Assembly (NCBI GenBank): GCA_028534125.1
Contig: CM052817.1
Span: forward strand, 67,520,001-67,584,000
From: Lama glama
Taxonomy: Eukaryota
Length of the DNA stretch: 64,000 nt
Direction: 5' to 3'
A program made the position numbers and the translations under genes. This document shows positions 36,421-49,110 of the stretch, piece by piece; positions within the stretch are counted from its first letter, which is position 1; every line of letters begins with the position of its first letter. The notes under the pieces were generated by a model. That model was given only the letters and a program-made list of their open reading frames with translations, did no database searches and was not told the DNA's origin.

Positions 36421-37304
36421 GTAGTGTGGGATAGCTTCAGATTTAATGAGAAGACAATTGATTATTATAATAAATGAAAATAGACATTTCTGGTAAAAGT
36501 AGCACAGGTATTCCAATTAATACCTCCAATTAAAAGCCTTTTCTCTTCACAAAGGAAAACTGAACATGAGAAAAATTAAAAGGGTATCGTGGCAACACAA
36601 AGCAAAATTGCAACAGAAAGACGGCTTTAAATTATGACTGCTTATTCCTCATGAAATAAAAAGAACACACATATTTCATATTCCTGGAGTAGTCTTAAAT
36701 CTCACCCTCCTGGTTTTACCTAGATCCTGATTCCCTCGGGTTGTTAAGCAAAACAACCTCTCAGTTCAAGTCGGTAAGGCCATGCTTAAAATGCCATTTC
36801 CTGAACGTGAGCCAGTATTCCACTCAAAGGAGGAAGTTCGGCTGCAGACGTATCCTTCTGAGTGGTAATTGACCTAACAGAAATTCTGAGCTGTCCTCAC
36901 ACTTCCATTTTGAATCACGTGAATATTTAATTTTTTATGAGATTCATCATCCACAATCACAAGTCCAGAAAGATGCCAGAGATGACCACAAAAAATCAGT
37001 ATAATAGAGTGAATCTAAGACGTCAGTTAGGACTTCTGGCTGTATATATAACTACCCCACAAAACAGACAGCTGCAACTGCAGAGAGGAAAAAGTAATTT
37101 AACTTGTTCTGATATTTGGAATTCTGATTTTGATCCAGATGGGAGAGATTGTGCAGTCCTGGTAAAAACGTCAGTGTGGAAAGAAAAGTGCTCCTCCCGG
37201 GTCTCTGCCAACGTTGATTGGATTCCCCTTTAGGTTAATCAATCTGCAGCTGAATTAACTTTCTTTCTGTTGTGATGATAACCTTTTAGGCTTTCTGCCA
37301 ACAC

Positions 37305-37460
37305 ACAGCAGATGGAATATGGGGTTGAAAGCAGAGGAACAGGGTTCTAATCCTAACTGTGCTATTAAATAGTTATGTGACCTCGGGTGCCTCTGTTAAC
37401 CTCTTTGAGCTTCATTTTCCTTATCTGTAAAATGGGGACAGTAATCCCTCATCGGACAAC
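37305..37460 (+). mobile_element. MIR
   Basis: gggttctaatcctaactgtgc...tgtgacctcggg...ttaacctctttgagcttcattttccttatctgtaaaatgggga. Confidence 0.85.
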
Positions 37461-37849
37461 TTTTCAGAGTTTTAGTGAAGCTCATAGCACATCTTCAACC
37501 GAAAAAAGCTGTGCCCTTGTAAACGTTTTTCTCGGAAGGAAATTCAGGGAGCAGAGGACCTCCACAAATATCCTTCTGAAGCCCTAGCTAGGGGGTGTCC
37601 GTCAAGTACTATCCACATTCACGATGTTTGGACTGAGCAGAGGAGGCACAGATATCTGTCAGCAAAGCACTCTTTATGCTTTGGGTTTCTAATGTAAAAA
37701 ACAACCTGGGTGATGAAATTGAAACCAATGTTTCTCATTTTAGAAGAGGTTTTGAATACTAAGTGCTAAAACAAATAAACATACACCTTTGGTAAACTGT
37801 CAATAATCCAGAGCTTCTTACCTGTTGATTAATTAGTTTAGTTCTTGGC

Positions 37850-38010
37850 TCTGTTTAATGAATTCATGTGGTAAGTTATATTATTTTCCTCAGTTTATTG
37901 ATGATGAAACTTAAATGCAGAGATGTGGTTTACCTTCCAGGGTCCCCAGTTAGGAAGTAATGTAGCAAGGCCTTGAATCCAGGTGATCTTAACCCCCTGT
38001 CCCATGAGGC
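37850..38010 (-). mobile_element. MIR
   Basis: cctcagtttattgatgatgaaacttaaatgcagaga...cagggtccccagttaggaagt...ttgaatccaggt. Confidence 0.65.
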
Positions 38011-38516
38011 CCTTGTCTTTGTTTCCATAGATGTTTGAGAGTGGCTTCTAAAAAGGTTTAACAAAGAGGGTTGTCTGTTAAAAAAAAAAATCTATTAACA
38101 AAGAGACAATTTGGGGGTTGACAGTGGAATTTAGAGTTGGTTAAGGAAAACTTATATAAAGATAAAGCAAAAACACTAAGTTAGGAAATTTGGTTTTACT
38201 AATTTTTTTCTACTTTTATTTAAAAAATAAGAATATGCCAATAGGGTGGGGTTAGGAATTTCCGTGAGATTGAAAGTGTAATTGCTACTACTGTGTTTTC
38301 CATATGTCCTTGCCTAGACAAAACAAATACACTTACAACAACAACCACAAAACCCCAAAGGTTACCCTGAAGGCCCCAGTGCTGACGTGTAGAAACTCTA
38401 CGCCCAAAGCATTAAGAAGACGGGATGGAGAGAGGGCCGTGGGGTGAATGGCTCGTAGAAACACCACTCACCTCATTGCCAGAGAAAACTTGTGTTTCTT
38501 CAAAGCCACAGGACTT

Positions 38517-38723
38517 TGGTTGACCCCTGAACAACTCAGGGATTCACAGACTGGCCATCCACTCAGTTGAAAGTCCACATATAACTTATAGTCGGCCCTC
38601 CATATCCAAGATTCCAACTCAATCAGCTACTGATCATGTAGTACTACAGTATTTACTACTGAAAAATCTCCACGTCTGAGTGGACTAGTACAGTTCAAAG
38701 CTGTGCTGTTCAAGGGTCAACTA
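38517..38723. mobile_element. MER8-like TcMar-Tigger MITE
   Basis: Terminal inverted repeats gttgacccctgaaca / tgttcaagggtcaac; internal tataacttatagtcggccctccatatcc. Confidence 0.85.
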
Positions 38724-39049
38724 GACTTAAATTTGACTTAAGACATTTAAATGAAGCAATTGCTTGGCTGAGACATCCCAAAGTCTGTGACATAGTCTCC
38801 ATGATACAACTTTTCCCCATATTTGATGAGTTTTATAAATGAAGCATAAATAATGCACAAATAATGCTCAATTCATTAGAAGTCTCATAGGATTTCACAT
38901 GTCAAATTTTAAAAATATTAAATGGTAGGAAAAGAGTTGGTTAATATACTTCAACTAAATAGTTGTATTTTATATTTTTTCTTTATAACATCATCAATAT
39001 CCTGGACTTTTCTTCACTATAAGAATGCATTTGTTAATATATCTTCTGA

Positions 39050-39300
39050 CTAATTTGACAGCTCTTTAATGAACACCTACTTTGTCCCAGGCACTAAGCC
39101 AGGTTCTGAAAATTCAGATATGACCACTACCCCACTCCCTGTCCTGTGCTCATTTCAGGGTCATTTCAAGGTCATTTAAGGGTGGTGCAGCAAAGTCAGC
39201 CATCAGGCGAATGAAACAGGATATGTAATTAGAACATTGCATGGTGCTATACCATTGCCTCAGGAGGGGATTAGCAAGAGTTGGTGCCTTTCCTTTAGTC
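39050..39300 (-). mobile_element. L2 3' fragment
   Basis: tttaatgaacacctactttgtcccaggcactaagccagg. Confidence 0.65.
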
Positions 39301-41082
39301 TAAGAAGTAACAGGGCTTAAATCAGCATGCTGGTACCACAGCTAAGAAGACTAGCAACTGGGCAGAGATACCCAGGCATCTAGAGGCTGGGGAGTGGGGG
39401 GCTCATCAGGAAGGAGCTGGGGAGGGGTCAGAAGAAGTCAAGCCAGAGTAGGTCTTCACACTGGGAAGTTATAATGAGGAGGTTCTTGAAGAGTCCACAC
39501 GTGAACCCCAAAGAAGTGCAATCATTTGGACACTTGGCCCACAGATGGTGTCTATGACAAAGATGAAGACTTCTGGGAAGAGCAATGACTGACAGTGGTC
39601 ATTAAAGAAACAGACTAACACCCTCTGTGTCAGATCCCTCCCTTCAACACAAAAGCAAATGGTAAGGGGAGTTAAGTAGTAGATAAACTCCACTCCTGAC
39701 TCAAGTTATTAGTCAAACCTGGGCTGGAGAGAAGGGAGTGTTACATTGGATACAAGGTTATAATTTTAAATTTGACTGGACTGATCCTTTGTATAATATA
39801 TGAAAGTGATCAGATAGCCATGGGATTTTCCTGAGATGACACTGGATGGGAAAGCCATTTGAAAGTGGTCTTTGAGAAATAATGAAACTCTATCTTCTTT
39901 GTAACTCCAGTTTGAGTAGTTAGGACTACTGAAAACAATAGCTGTATGTGCTGTTATTAAGACAGAGATGTAAACAAGGATATGGTGAGAGCACGTAAAA
40001 GGGACAACTAACAATATTGAGATGCCACCAGAGGCTCAGAAATGTTTATAGTTATGAGCAGACTGTCACCTCTGTTAACCTCTCGAAGCTTCTCTTTTTT
40101 TTTTGTAATGTTACCTACCAAAGTCATTGAGGCATGTTTATTTTGACCTTAACTCTAGATCACGGCTTTAAAAATAGCAAAGGCCTTGCTTTATACAATG
40201 CACAGTCTGATCCATTAATTTTTTTTTTTAATAAGTGAACTCTACTTTAGACAGAGGTGATTTCATTCCCTTAACTGGCTGACTCACCTCAAAGCATGGT
40301 GAGGATGAAGACATGTGTTCTCAGGTTGTAAAGAGAAACATAAGTGTCTAATGGAAGCACAGATTTCAAAAAACATCTCTTTTGGGTTACTTGTAAGGGA
40401 AAAAAGCAGAACAAGAGAACAAATACAAACCATTCTGAAGGACACCAGAGCCAGGACCCCAACTGATTTACTGTGCAGATGCTGAAGTCTCATTCACATT
40501 AAGATGGAAACTGGTACTGAGACCAGGGATGCTAATCTAGCCTCATTGTGCACCCACCACCAGGTGTGAAGAGCTGTTCACACCTCCACTCTCACCCACC
40601 CTACCCCAGCGCATTGCAGAACGTGCTTTAAAGAGAGGTCCGGAACTGAAACAAAAGAACTTTCCTTTTTTAGAGTCTTGTGCCTGATTTTTATTTTCAG
40701 CCCTTTTTTGTCTCGTACCATGTGTACTGTGACTGTAAGAAATGAAATGCAAACCCTCTGCAACTAGAGTGACTTAATAGATTCTCAAACCAAAAGCAGC
40801 CATTTTAGTCAGGAAGCTTTTAACATGCCTTTCACTGACAATCTTTTATTTTCGTATAATTAGGAGATTTCAAAACCTGGAAATCATGAATGGTTTTTGC
40901 TCATATGTATGCTCATACATACAGTGTTCACCATGCATCTTGTGCTATTTTGTGCAATGAAACAAAAAGTACTCTTTTGCAGTTTAGAGTTAATTATTTT
41001 CATCTTTACTTGTTGCAAAGCCTGGTCCAAGTTGTACACTGAATGTTCAAAAGTGACTTTATGCTACAATTATTTAAATTAA

Positions 41083-41217
41083 GGGGGGTTATAGTTCAAT
41101 GGTAGAGCTTATGCTCAGCATGCATGAGGTCCTGGGTTCAATCCCCAGTACCTCTGTTAAAATAAATATATAAATAAATAAACCTAATTACCTCCCCCCT
41201 CAAAAAAAAAAAAAAAA
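41083..41217 (+). mobile_element. tRNA-Ala-derived SINE (Vic-1-like, camelid), second copy
   Basis: ggggttatagttcaatggtagagcttatgctcagcatgcatgaggtcctgggttcaatccccagtacctc...aaacctaattacctccccc plus A16; same head and tail as 23824-23960. Confidence 0.9.
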
Positions 41218-41887
41218 GAAACTAAGACTTTTCAAGGGGGAATAATAAAATCATCTAGTTTCACAAACTGAAACATATTCCACCAATAAAATGCTGTTAT
41301 GTTTTTCAGCATCTCTTAAATTATTACTTGTAATTTAGGAAATGGCTATCATTTAGCACTTGGTTATATGGACTACTAGCAATGATTTTTCTTCAACACA
41401 GATAATTTAAATTTAGTATAAATTAGATTATATAATCATGTAGTCTCTTTCTCCAAAATTATTATAGTTAAACAGTATAATTTAAATGCACAATGTAAAT
41501 AATATAAAAATATCTGAAATATAATATAAAGAAAGTATATGTAAGATACAAGCAAGGTACATTTTCATATCATGACCATTATCAGATTTATTAAGTGAAA
41601 AGAAACTCTGGTTTTAAAGTTTGCACACCTACAGCCATATAAGCCTTTAAGTCTCTCATATTCTTGCTCTTAGGTTTTGTTTTGCTTTGATTTTATTGGC
41701 AAAAAATTTTTAAAAAATTGTTTAAGTATGGTGATTCTTGCATCTCTGTTTATAAGTCTGGAAAAAATGACTCAATTGACTTAAGATGTTAAGTTTAATC
41801 ACTAAACCAATAAACATTAAGAGAAAACGACTTCAATAATAATGATCAACAACAACAACAACAAAACGCACATTAGATGTAGTTTTG

Positions 41888-42800
41888 CACTTTGGAAAGT
41901 AGATTGGCATTTCCTTGAAAGCTAATCATATATTTACAACATGACCCAGTGAATCTACCCCCAGCTACCTGCCCCATCCCCCCAGGTAAAGGTATATGTC
42001 CAACAGGAAACAAACTATGGTTACCAAAGGGGAAGGGGTGGGGTGGGAGATAAATTAGGAGTTCGGGATTAACAGATACACACTACTATATATAAAATAG
42101 ATAAACAACAAGGACCTACTGTATAGCACAGGGAACTATATTCAATTTCTTGTAATAACAGATAATGGAAAATAATCTGAAAAAATATATTTATATATGT
42201 ATATGTATAACTGAATCTCTTTGCTGCACACCTGAAACTAACATTGTAAATAACTGCACTTCAGTAAAAAACAAAAATAAAGAAATAAAGAAAAGAATTT
42301 TTAAAAGTGCATGTCCTCACGAAGACTTAACGTGAATGCTCATAGCAGCATTATTCAAAATTAAAAAACGATAGAGACAATTTAAATGTCCATCAACAGG
42401 TGAATGGCAAAACGAACAGTGGTATATCCCCTTGACAGAATACTACTTAACAATGGAAATGGAATGAATTAGTAGATCCATGCAACATGAAACCTTAGGA
42501 CCACCACACTAAGTGAAAGAAATTCTACACAAAGGACTCCATATGGTATGATTATATTTATATGGAATTTCTAGAAATAGCAAAACCATAGAGACAGAGA
42601 TCAGATCAATGTTTACCTGGGGCTGGTGATAGAAGTGAGAATTGGCTAAACTGGGCATTGGGGAATTTTGAGGATGATGAGAATGTTGTAAAACTAGATT
42701 GTGTTGCTGAATGAACAACTAAATTTGATAAAACTCCATCAAAGTGTACACATAAAATCAGTGGATTCTAAGATAAATGACATAGAGAGCTTTTTAAAAT
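41888..42800 (+). mobile_element. L1MB/L1ME-type 3' end, interrupted at 42002-42301
   Basis: cactttggaaag...catgacccag; gaatgctcatagcagcattattca; aaatgtccatcaacaggtgaatgg; gcaaaaccatagagacaga. Confidence 0.85.
42002..42301 (+). mobile_element. Lineage-type L1 3' terminus with 15-bp degenerate TSD
   Basis: aaactatggttaccaaagggg...ataaacaacaaggacctactgtatagcacagggaactatattcaa plus A-rich tail; TSD taaaggtatatgtcc (41987-42001) / taaaagtgcatgtcc (42302-42316). Confidence 0.9.
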
Positions 42801-42957
42801 CTAGGCTTGTTCTGTTCTCCTTCTGCTAATACTTCATACATTTCTCTACATTTTATTCATGATCAGAGTAGAACATTTTTCATTCTGTGATCTTCTACTG
42901 AAAACTCACCCAAATATAGCAGCTCTTCACATCTCCCTCCTTCTGTCTGCCTGGCTT

Positions 42958-43070
42958 ATTCATTCACTCAGTCATTCAATTATTCAACAAAACTATATTG
43001 AGCATCTACCAAGTATCAAGCCTTGCTCTAGGTGCTGAAAATGCAAGATGAATAAGTCATCTCTGAATGC
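42958..43070 (-). mobile_element. L2 3' tail
   Basis: attcattcactcagtcattca...attcaacaaaactatattgagcatctacc...tgctctaggtgctg. Confidence 0.8.
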
Positions 43071-43629
43071 TCCCTTTTCTTCTCATTACAAACTCTGTTT
43101 TCATTTTAGAGCCACTCTTCCCCCATCTTCTCTATTTATACTTACTATCCCATTTAGGTCAGTGATTTGCAAGTCAGTTCAGTGCTTTGCAGATGTGCTA
43201 CTTCACTTGAAGTGTCGATCCTTTGTAATTTAATGAATATATCTTTAAAACACTTAGCCAACTCAAAATTAATTCATCTATTAAAATATTTATTCAGTCG
43301 TTTCTTCCCCAAAACACACCTGGCAACACCAATGATTTGGGACAAAGGACTTTTATGTTACTCAGCAATATTAACCTTACTCTCCCCATTGGTGACAGCT
43401 AAGGCAGTTCTAGAATTGTGTAAAGGTTACTCTTCACCCTGAAGAAGAGACTTCCAAGCCTGCTTTAGAGCTGTCCCTACATCCAAAATTGGCCTTTGGA
43501 CTGGCGTCCATTGTCCAAACTAAGTGTGATGGACCTAAACAGTGTCCAGAAACTATTTCTGACAGTCTTATTTCCCAGGGTCATCCATTCACTCTTCTTA
43601 CAAAAATGTCCATCTTGTAACTCTTGTGC

Positions 43630-43960
43630 ACCAAATGTCATGCTATACTTGGGTGTGCAAGATGAATAAGGCCTAGAGTTTGCCCTCAAAGTGCTTACAG
43701 TATGGGAGACAAGCAAAATGACAAGACTGATAAGAACAAAACAATGAAAGAGAATAGAAACCATATATTCAGTGTTATATACATATAATTTTCCTGAAGG
43801 TGAGTGATATTGAGCTGATTTTCAAAAATTAAGTAGGAGGTCTGAGAGATATACTAAGAGTAAAATGGTAAGGCATTCAAGCTAAAGGAACAATGTATGT
43901 AAAAGTCACATTCAGGGAATTATACATAACACAGACAGATGCAGTGCATGGTGTAACTGG
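43630..43960 (-). mobile_element. L2 fragment
   Basis: aagatgaataaggcctagagtttgccctcaaagtgcttacagt; ttcctgaaggtgagtgatattgagctga; ggcattcaagctaaaggaaca. Confidence 0.65.
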
Positions 43961-44032
43961 GGAAGTCACTTGACAAAACTGAACATTTGTTTCCTCAAGA
44001 GTTGAATAAGGAAAGAATTTATATACTAGTCA

Positions 44033-44910
44033 TGATATTGTGATTTATAAGAAATATGTATTTGGTCATTCAGGTGACCCATATATATTTTCATACATAT
44101 TTGGTCTTCATTCACAGTTCCTGGCTCACAGCTCCCAAAACCCTTGGAATTGCCTGTGTTGAGAATGAAAAAGGTGTCTTTTGTTATGTTAATAAGATGA
44201 CTTTTGGAAAGCAACTAAGGGTGGGGGCTAGGTGTCAGGAGAACCAATTGTGTGATAAGAGGGTTAGAACTTTCAGTTTCACCCCCTGATTTCCGGGGAG
44301 GGGAAAGGGACTTGAGGTTGCATTAATTGACACTGGCCAATGAGCTGGCCAATCATGACTATGTAATGAAGCCTCCATAAAAACCTCTCCCCAAAAAGCC
44401 TTTTTGGTCCTTTTTTGGAGAGCATCCCTGTTGGGGAACCAGAACACTTCCACATACCACCGAGTTGAGCTGGGTCCCATGCCCAGGAGGACAGAAGCTG
44501 CTTTGTTCAAGTCCTCACCAGGTGTATCTCTTTATCTGGCTCTTGATTTGTATCTTTTAATACTCTTTCATTAAAAATTGATAATCTAGTGGTTAAAGGG
44601 GTTTTCGTGAATTCTGTGAGCCATTCTAGCCAATTAATTGAACCCAAGGAGAGGGTCATGAGGACCTCTAATTTACAGCCAGTTTGTCAGAAGTGCAGGA
44701 AATAACTCGGGCCTGTGATTGACATCTGAGTGGAGGGTGGTCTTGTGGGACTGAGCCCTTCACCTGTGGAATCTGATTCTATCTCTGGGTAGATAGTGTC
44801 AGAACTGAGTTGAATCCTTGGATTCACTCTGTTGGTATCCAGGGATTGGTGCGGGTAAGACTACACACACATATACACACATTGGAATTGGGTCTAGGAA
44901 CACTTTTTCA
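44033..44910 (+). mobile_element. MER21-like solo LTR
   Basis: Begins tgatattgtgatttataagaaatatgtatttggtc...gctcccaaaacccttggaatt; contains tatgtaatgaagcctccataaaaacc and gtcttgtgggactgagccctt...gggtagatagtgtcagaactgagttgaat; TG...CA ends flanked by ctagtca on both sides. Confidence 0.85.
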
Positions 44911-47789
44911 CTAGTCAAGAAATTATACTTTGATATATAATGGGTGTCCATTGAAGGGTTTAAGTAGACAAATAACAAGAGATAGACCAATTTTATGATA
45001 GTATGGGGGATGGATGATGACTGGTTTGAAAGTTTAAGATGGTAAAGGAGAAGAAGGGATGTAGGATGATTTCTCCATTTCCCTGGCTTTCACAGAACTG
45101 ATTGTGACTTAGTGGGTAAGAAGAAATTCTGGTGCCTGTTACACTTGCAAAGTAAGTGTCCCTTAGATTTTTCATTAGATGATGCCTATCTGATAAATAT
45201 TAGTATGCCAGCCTTCAGAATCCAGATTAGCAATTCAAATCTATTTTCTCTGTGCATAGATTTTATTTTCCTTTTCTGACCTCATTCATGCTTAACAACA
45301 TGACCTTCTCCAGTCTTCTATAATATCATTTGTGGGAGAAATCACTTGGTGACCAACGCTGCTATAAACACAAACACAAAGACTGTATCAGCGCAATTAA
45401 TTAAAATAATCCTCTCCCCAATATTTAACCAATTTTTTCAATACTCTGGCCCTTTTTTACATGAAAATAAATATTAACTTAATAAAATTTAAAGCATTTT
45501 TAATTTAAATATTCATCTTTTAAGCTTTCATTTATGTGAACTCTGCTCCCTCTCCATCAATACTAGCATTCTGAGGAGTGAGGAAGAAACCTTTGGACAA
45601 AAGGATGTGTACTCCAAAAAAAAAAAACAAAAGAGAGAGAAAAAGGCACAGGAGGAGCAAAAGGCACTGATGCAGGCAACACCATTCCTCCCATGTAAAC
45701 ATCAGGCTTTACCTGGTTGAGTTTGAATGCTTGTTGTTACCCAGTTATTTAATGACAGAAGTGGAGATGATTATGTTGACTTGAGAAATATTGTAGCATA
45801 CAAAAATAATTCTCTTGGAGTTACTTATAATAAATTTTTCACCTTCTTATTGTTCAAAGACTTTTTTTTTTCTTTTACCTGAAACTGCTCCTATCTCATC
45901 TCTTAGTGCTAGTCCTTTGTAGTGTGCAGCTGGGTCTCTGAAAGAGCACACACTGTAGAACTATCATCTGCACACACTGATGTTTTCATTTCACATGGTA
46001 CACAGCCCTTTGACCCCATCTTTAAACCTGGTCAGGAGCACATAAGTCAAGCGATAGAAGCATTCTTAGTCAAAGTCATTGATCAAAGTAAAAGTCTTAT
46101 ATAAATCAGTCTCAGAGAAATAAAAAAAAAAACTGTGAAATTTGGTGTCATCTGTGAAAATTGTCTGTTTGGTTGAATCTGTATGGAAATATCTTAAATT
46201 TAGGTTCTAGAATGATGTTTTGCTTCCATCAGCTTTAACGCACCTGAAGGTGTGGGTCCTGGGAACAATTTCCATGAATAGAAAGACTTTAGTATTTGTG
46301 GCTGTGACCAACCACTTCATTTAAAAACAGTTCTGACACGTTATGTTCAAAATATGTCCTAATGTAAGAAGGAAAAAGTTTGGTTGTGCTGAGAACTCAG
46401 ATTTAAAATTGGGACCAGGGGTGAATGAAACCAAGCTTGCTTAAAATCACACAGGAAATATAATATTAGTGTTGTATTTTCCAAGTAATGCTTATTAGCA
46501 ATCATTAAGAAGGAAAAAAAGGAGAGAAGAGATTTTTTTTAAAAAGATAAATTGTAGGAAATTTTCTCTTCATCAGCAATAATATTGTGAAAGTAATCGT
46601 CTTTTAAACAGAGGAAGTTATCGTGGGCTCTTTGACAACTAGGGAAGAAAGAACAGAAAGATGGTACCTTGTCAATATATTTCTATTCTGAGATGGAAAT
46701 CAGAAAGATAAGAATGTAAGGTGATTTAGAAACACAGCAGGTGTACAGAAGCCTTGAGATGAGCTGCCCTTTCACAAGTACTAACTGGATAGAGAGACCC
46801 AGGTAAGAGGTCAGTGGCTTTTCTCTAATAAGGAGCTGAAAAGAATAATGAGGTGATGCCTGAAGCAAAAGCTGCAGGAGCCAGGCTCTGCGTGTCACAG
46901 AAATATTAGCATTTGTGAGCAGAGCAGCGAGTAGGTTCAAGGCAATGTAAAGAAGGACAATAGATCAACATTTCAGGTTTGACTGAGACAGAAATTAAAA
47001 ATAGATTAAAAACACACTTGTGTATAGGTATTGGTATTTCTTTCAGTCTTGCCTCCTATATCTAAGAAATGAGCTCTTAAGTGTAATTGGCAAGGTAGAA
47101 ATTATATTCCTGTCATCTAAATGAGAATGAAAATAATAGTGAAAGATGATATCAAAATATATGTTTCATATATATGTATGTATATGTGTGTGTGTGTTTT
47201 AAAGAACTCACCGTCTAGCCTGGAAGTGTGACCTTTTTTTCATTTATCTCAAGTAATCGCATTATGAAAACAATAATTCATTCAGTCTGACTTCTATAAT
47301 CTATAGCCAATCCTGTCTACTGGGATCAGCTACCTACACTGTAGGAATAGTGCCCTTAGAAGGAACTGATCAGCCTAAACTGAAAACACCCTATTTTTGT
47401 AATGGCATTTACAAAACGACTGTCATTTCTGACAGTTAGAATTAGGTTTTGAAAGTTTTAATACTGGTACACAACAGTTTAAAAAGAGAGGCCAGGTGGG
47501 AAGAGTCTCTGTTAACTAGGGGGAAAAGTCATCCTGATAAATGTTCTTAATGTTAGTTATCAAATTGGAAGTGACCTCCAGCCAGACAACACGCAGTCGG
47601 AGGCAGCAAGCTGCAGTTCAGATCTTCCCTGTGTCCCATGGTAACAAGGTCTGTTTAGAGGAACTGCGTGCCCTCCAGCGTGTCTTTCTACAAGTACTCC
47701 CCAAGGACTAAATTTGACCTGGGAACTTCTAGAACACATGTGGTTAGTAAGGTAAGTACATCATTCAAGATGAGCAGTCCTTTCTGTCC

Positions 47790-48292
47790 ATGATAGCATT
47801 TGGCATACAACTTCTGGCTAAAAGAATCATTTCTAAAAACTCCGAGGCTACTTTCTCCCTCTCAGCAAACTCTCTTCCCCATTCGCATTGGGCTTGACGA
47901 TGTTCCATATCCCTTTCTTTCTGGAACCTTAGGCTACAGCACGGCCACCCACTGTGCTGGAAACCTGTAAAGGGGAGGGAGTTAATGCTGAACAGGACGC
48001 AGAAGAACCCGGAAGATAAACTCCTCTTCCTCCCTCCCTCTCGCAGACTGTACCAGAAACCATGGTCCCACATGGTTCCTCAGAGCCATCCGGAAAGACT
48101 TAGCTAAATGTCTGTGTTTTTTCCTGAAGCTGTGGCCACTTCAATAACACAACAGGTTCCATGTGCTTTCCCTTTGTTTCTTCCTCACTTCCCTTTTCCC
48201 TTCATTCCCACCGTCCCTGACTTGTACTCCGCAGTAAAGCATTAGCATAGAAATTTCACCTCAGATTCATTCTGCTGTTTAGGGCTAAGCGA
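47790..48292 (+). mobile_element. ERVL solo LTR (LTR33-like)
   Basis: gggagttaatg...ataaactcctcttcctcc; tgaagctgtggccacttcaataac; cagtaaagcattagca...cctcagattc...gggctaag; 5' boundary uncertain. Confidence 0.65.
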
Positions 48293-48679
48293 GGATGCCT
48301 GGTAGATTCCATTATTTTGACTGAATGCTGTCATGAGCAGAAATTCTTGGCCCATGAGACTATCTAGTCAAAAGTCTTTAACTCATTTACAACACTATGG
48401 ATCAAGTGTCATCTCTATTCTTTCCCAGAAACACAAAAGGAGAAAAGCACAAACACAAGGTTTTCAGTGGTGGATTTACAGACGGTACAGATGCTGCCCT
48501 GAATTTATCTTCAGGAAAGGACAAGAAGACTTCAACATATCTTGATTTAGGAAAATAGTCCTTGCCTATTAATTCTTCACATTCATTGTGAGATGGGGAA
48601 AGAAGTTCTTACACCGTGGTCCCGAAAGTATTAGGCCCCATAAGAGACTTTCCTGAAGGTCTCCTTTAATACTTCTACA

Positions 48680-48776
48680 CATAAATTCTGGATACATCAA
48701 AGCTCTCCAGAAACAACACTATAAAGCTCTCAGACTTCCATGTCTTCACACAGGCTGTTCATTCCTCCTGGATGTC

Positions 48777-48822
<46 letters not shown>

Positions 48823-49110
48823 ACACACACACCCCCATACACACAACTTCTACCTTGAATACTGATGATTCAGATAAAGACCTTTCTTGTGATGTCCCCA
48901 ACTGTCCCTCCTTCTCATCACAAAATTAAGTGTTCCTGCCTCCACGTCTACCTATTTATACTTCCATTCTAACACCTTGCTTATAGACAGCACCTCTCCA
49001 TCCACTGGCCTTTTTAATTATAGTGGGAATTCCCTAAATTTTCAGACTGGGTTGCTTTTATTTTTCCATCCTCAATATGTCTCATGACCCCTCAGATAGG
49101 ATAAGGACCT
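48680..49110 (+). mobile_element. L2 fragment carrying a microsatellite
   Basis: cttccatgtcttcacacaggctgttcattcctcctggatgtcc; cctttcttgtgatgtcccc...aaattaagtgttcctgcctcc. Confidence 0.5.
48779..48832. repeat. (AC)n microsatellite, ~27 units with one interruption
   Basis: Direct read of the acac run with a single AT substitution. Confidence 0.95.

Noticed and set aside
47721..47736. Heat-shock element gggaacttctagaac
   Set aside because: Only two correctly phased nGAAn units; the third is mismatched
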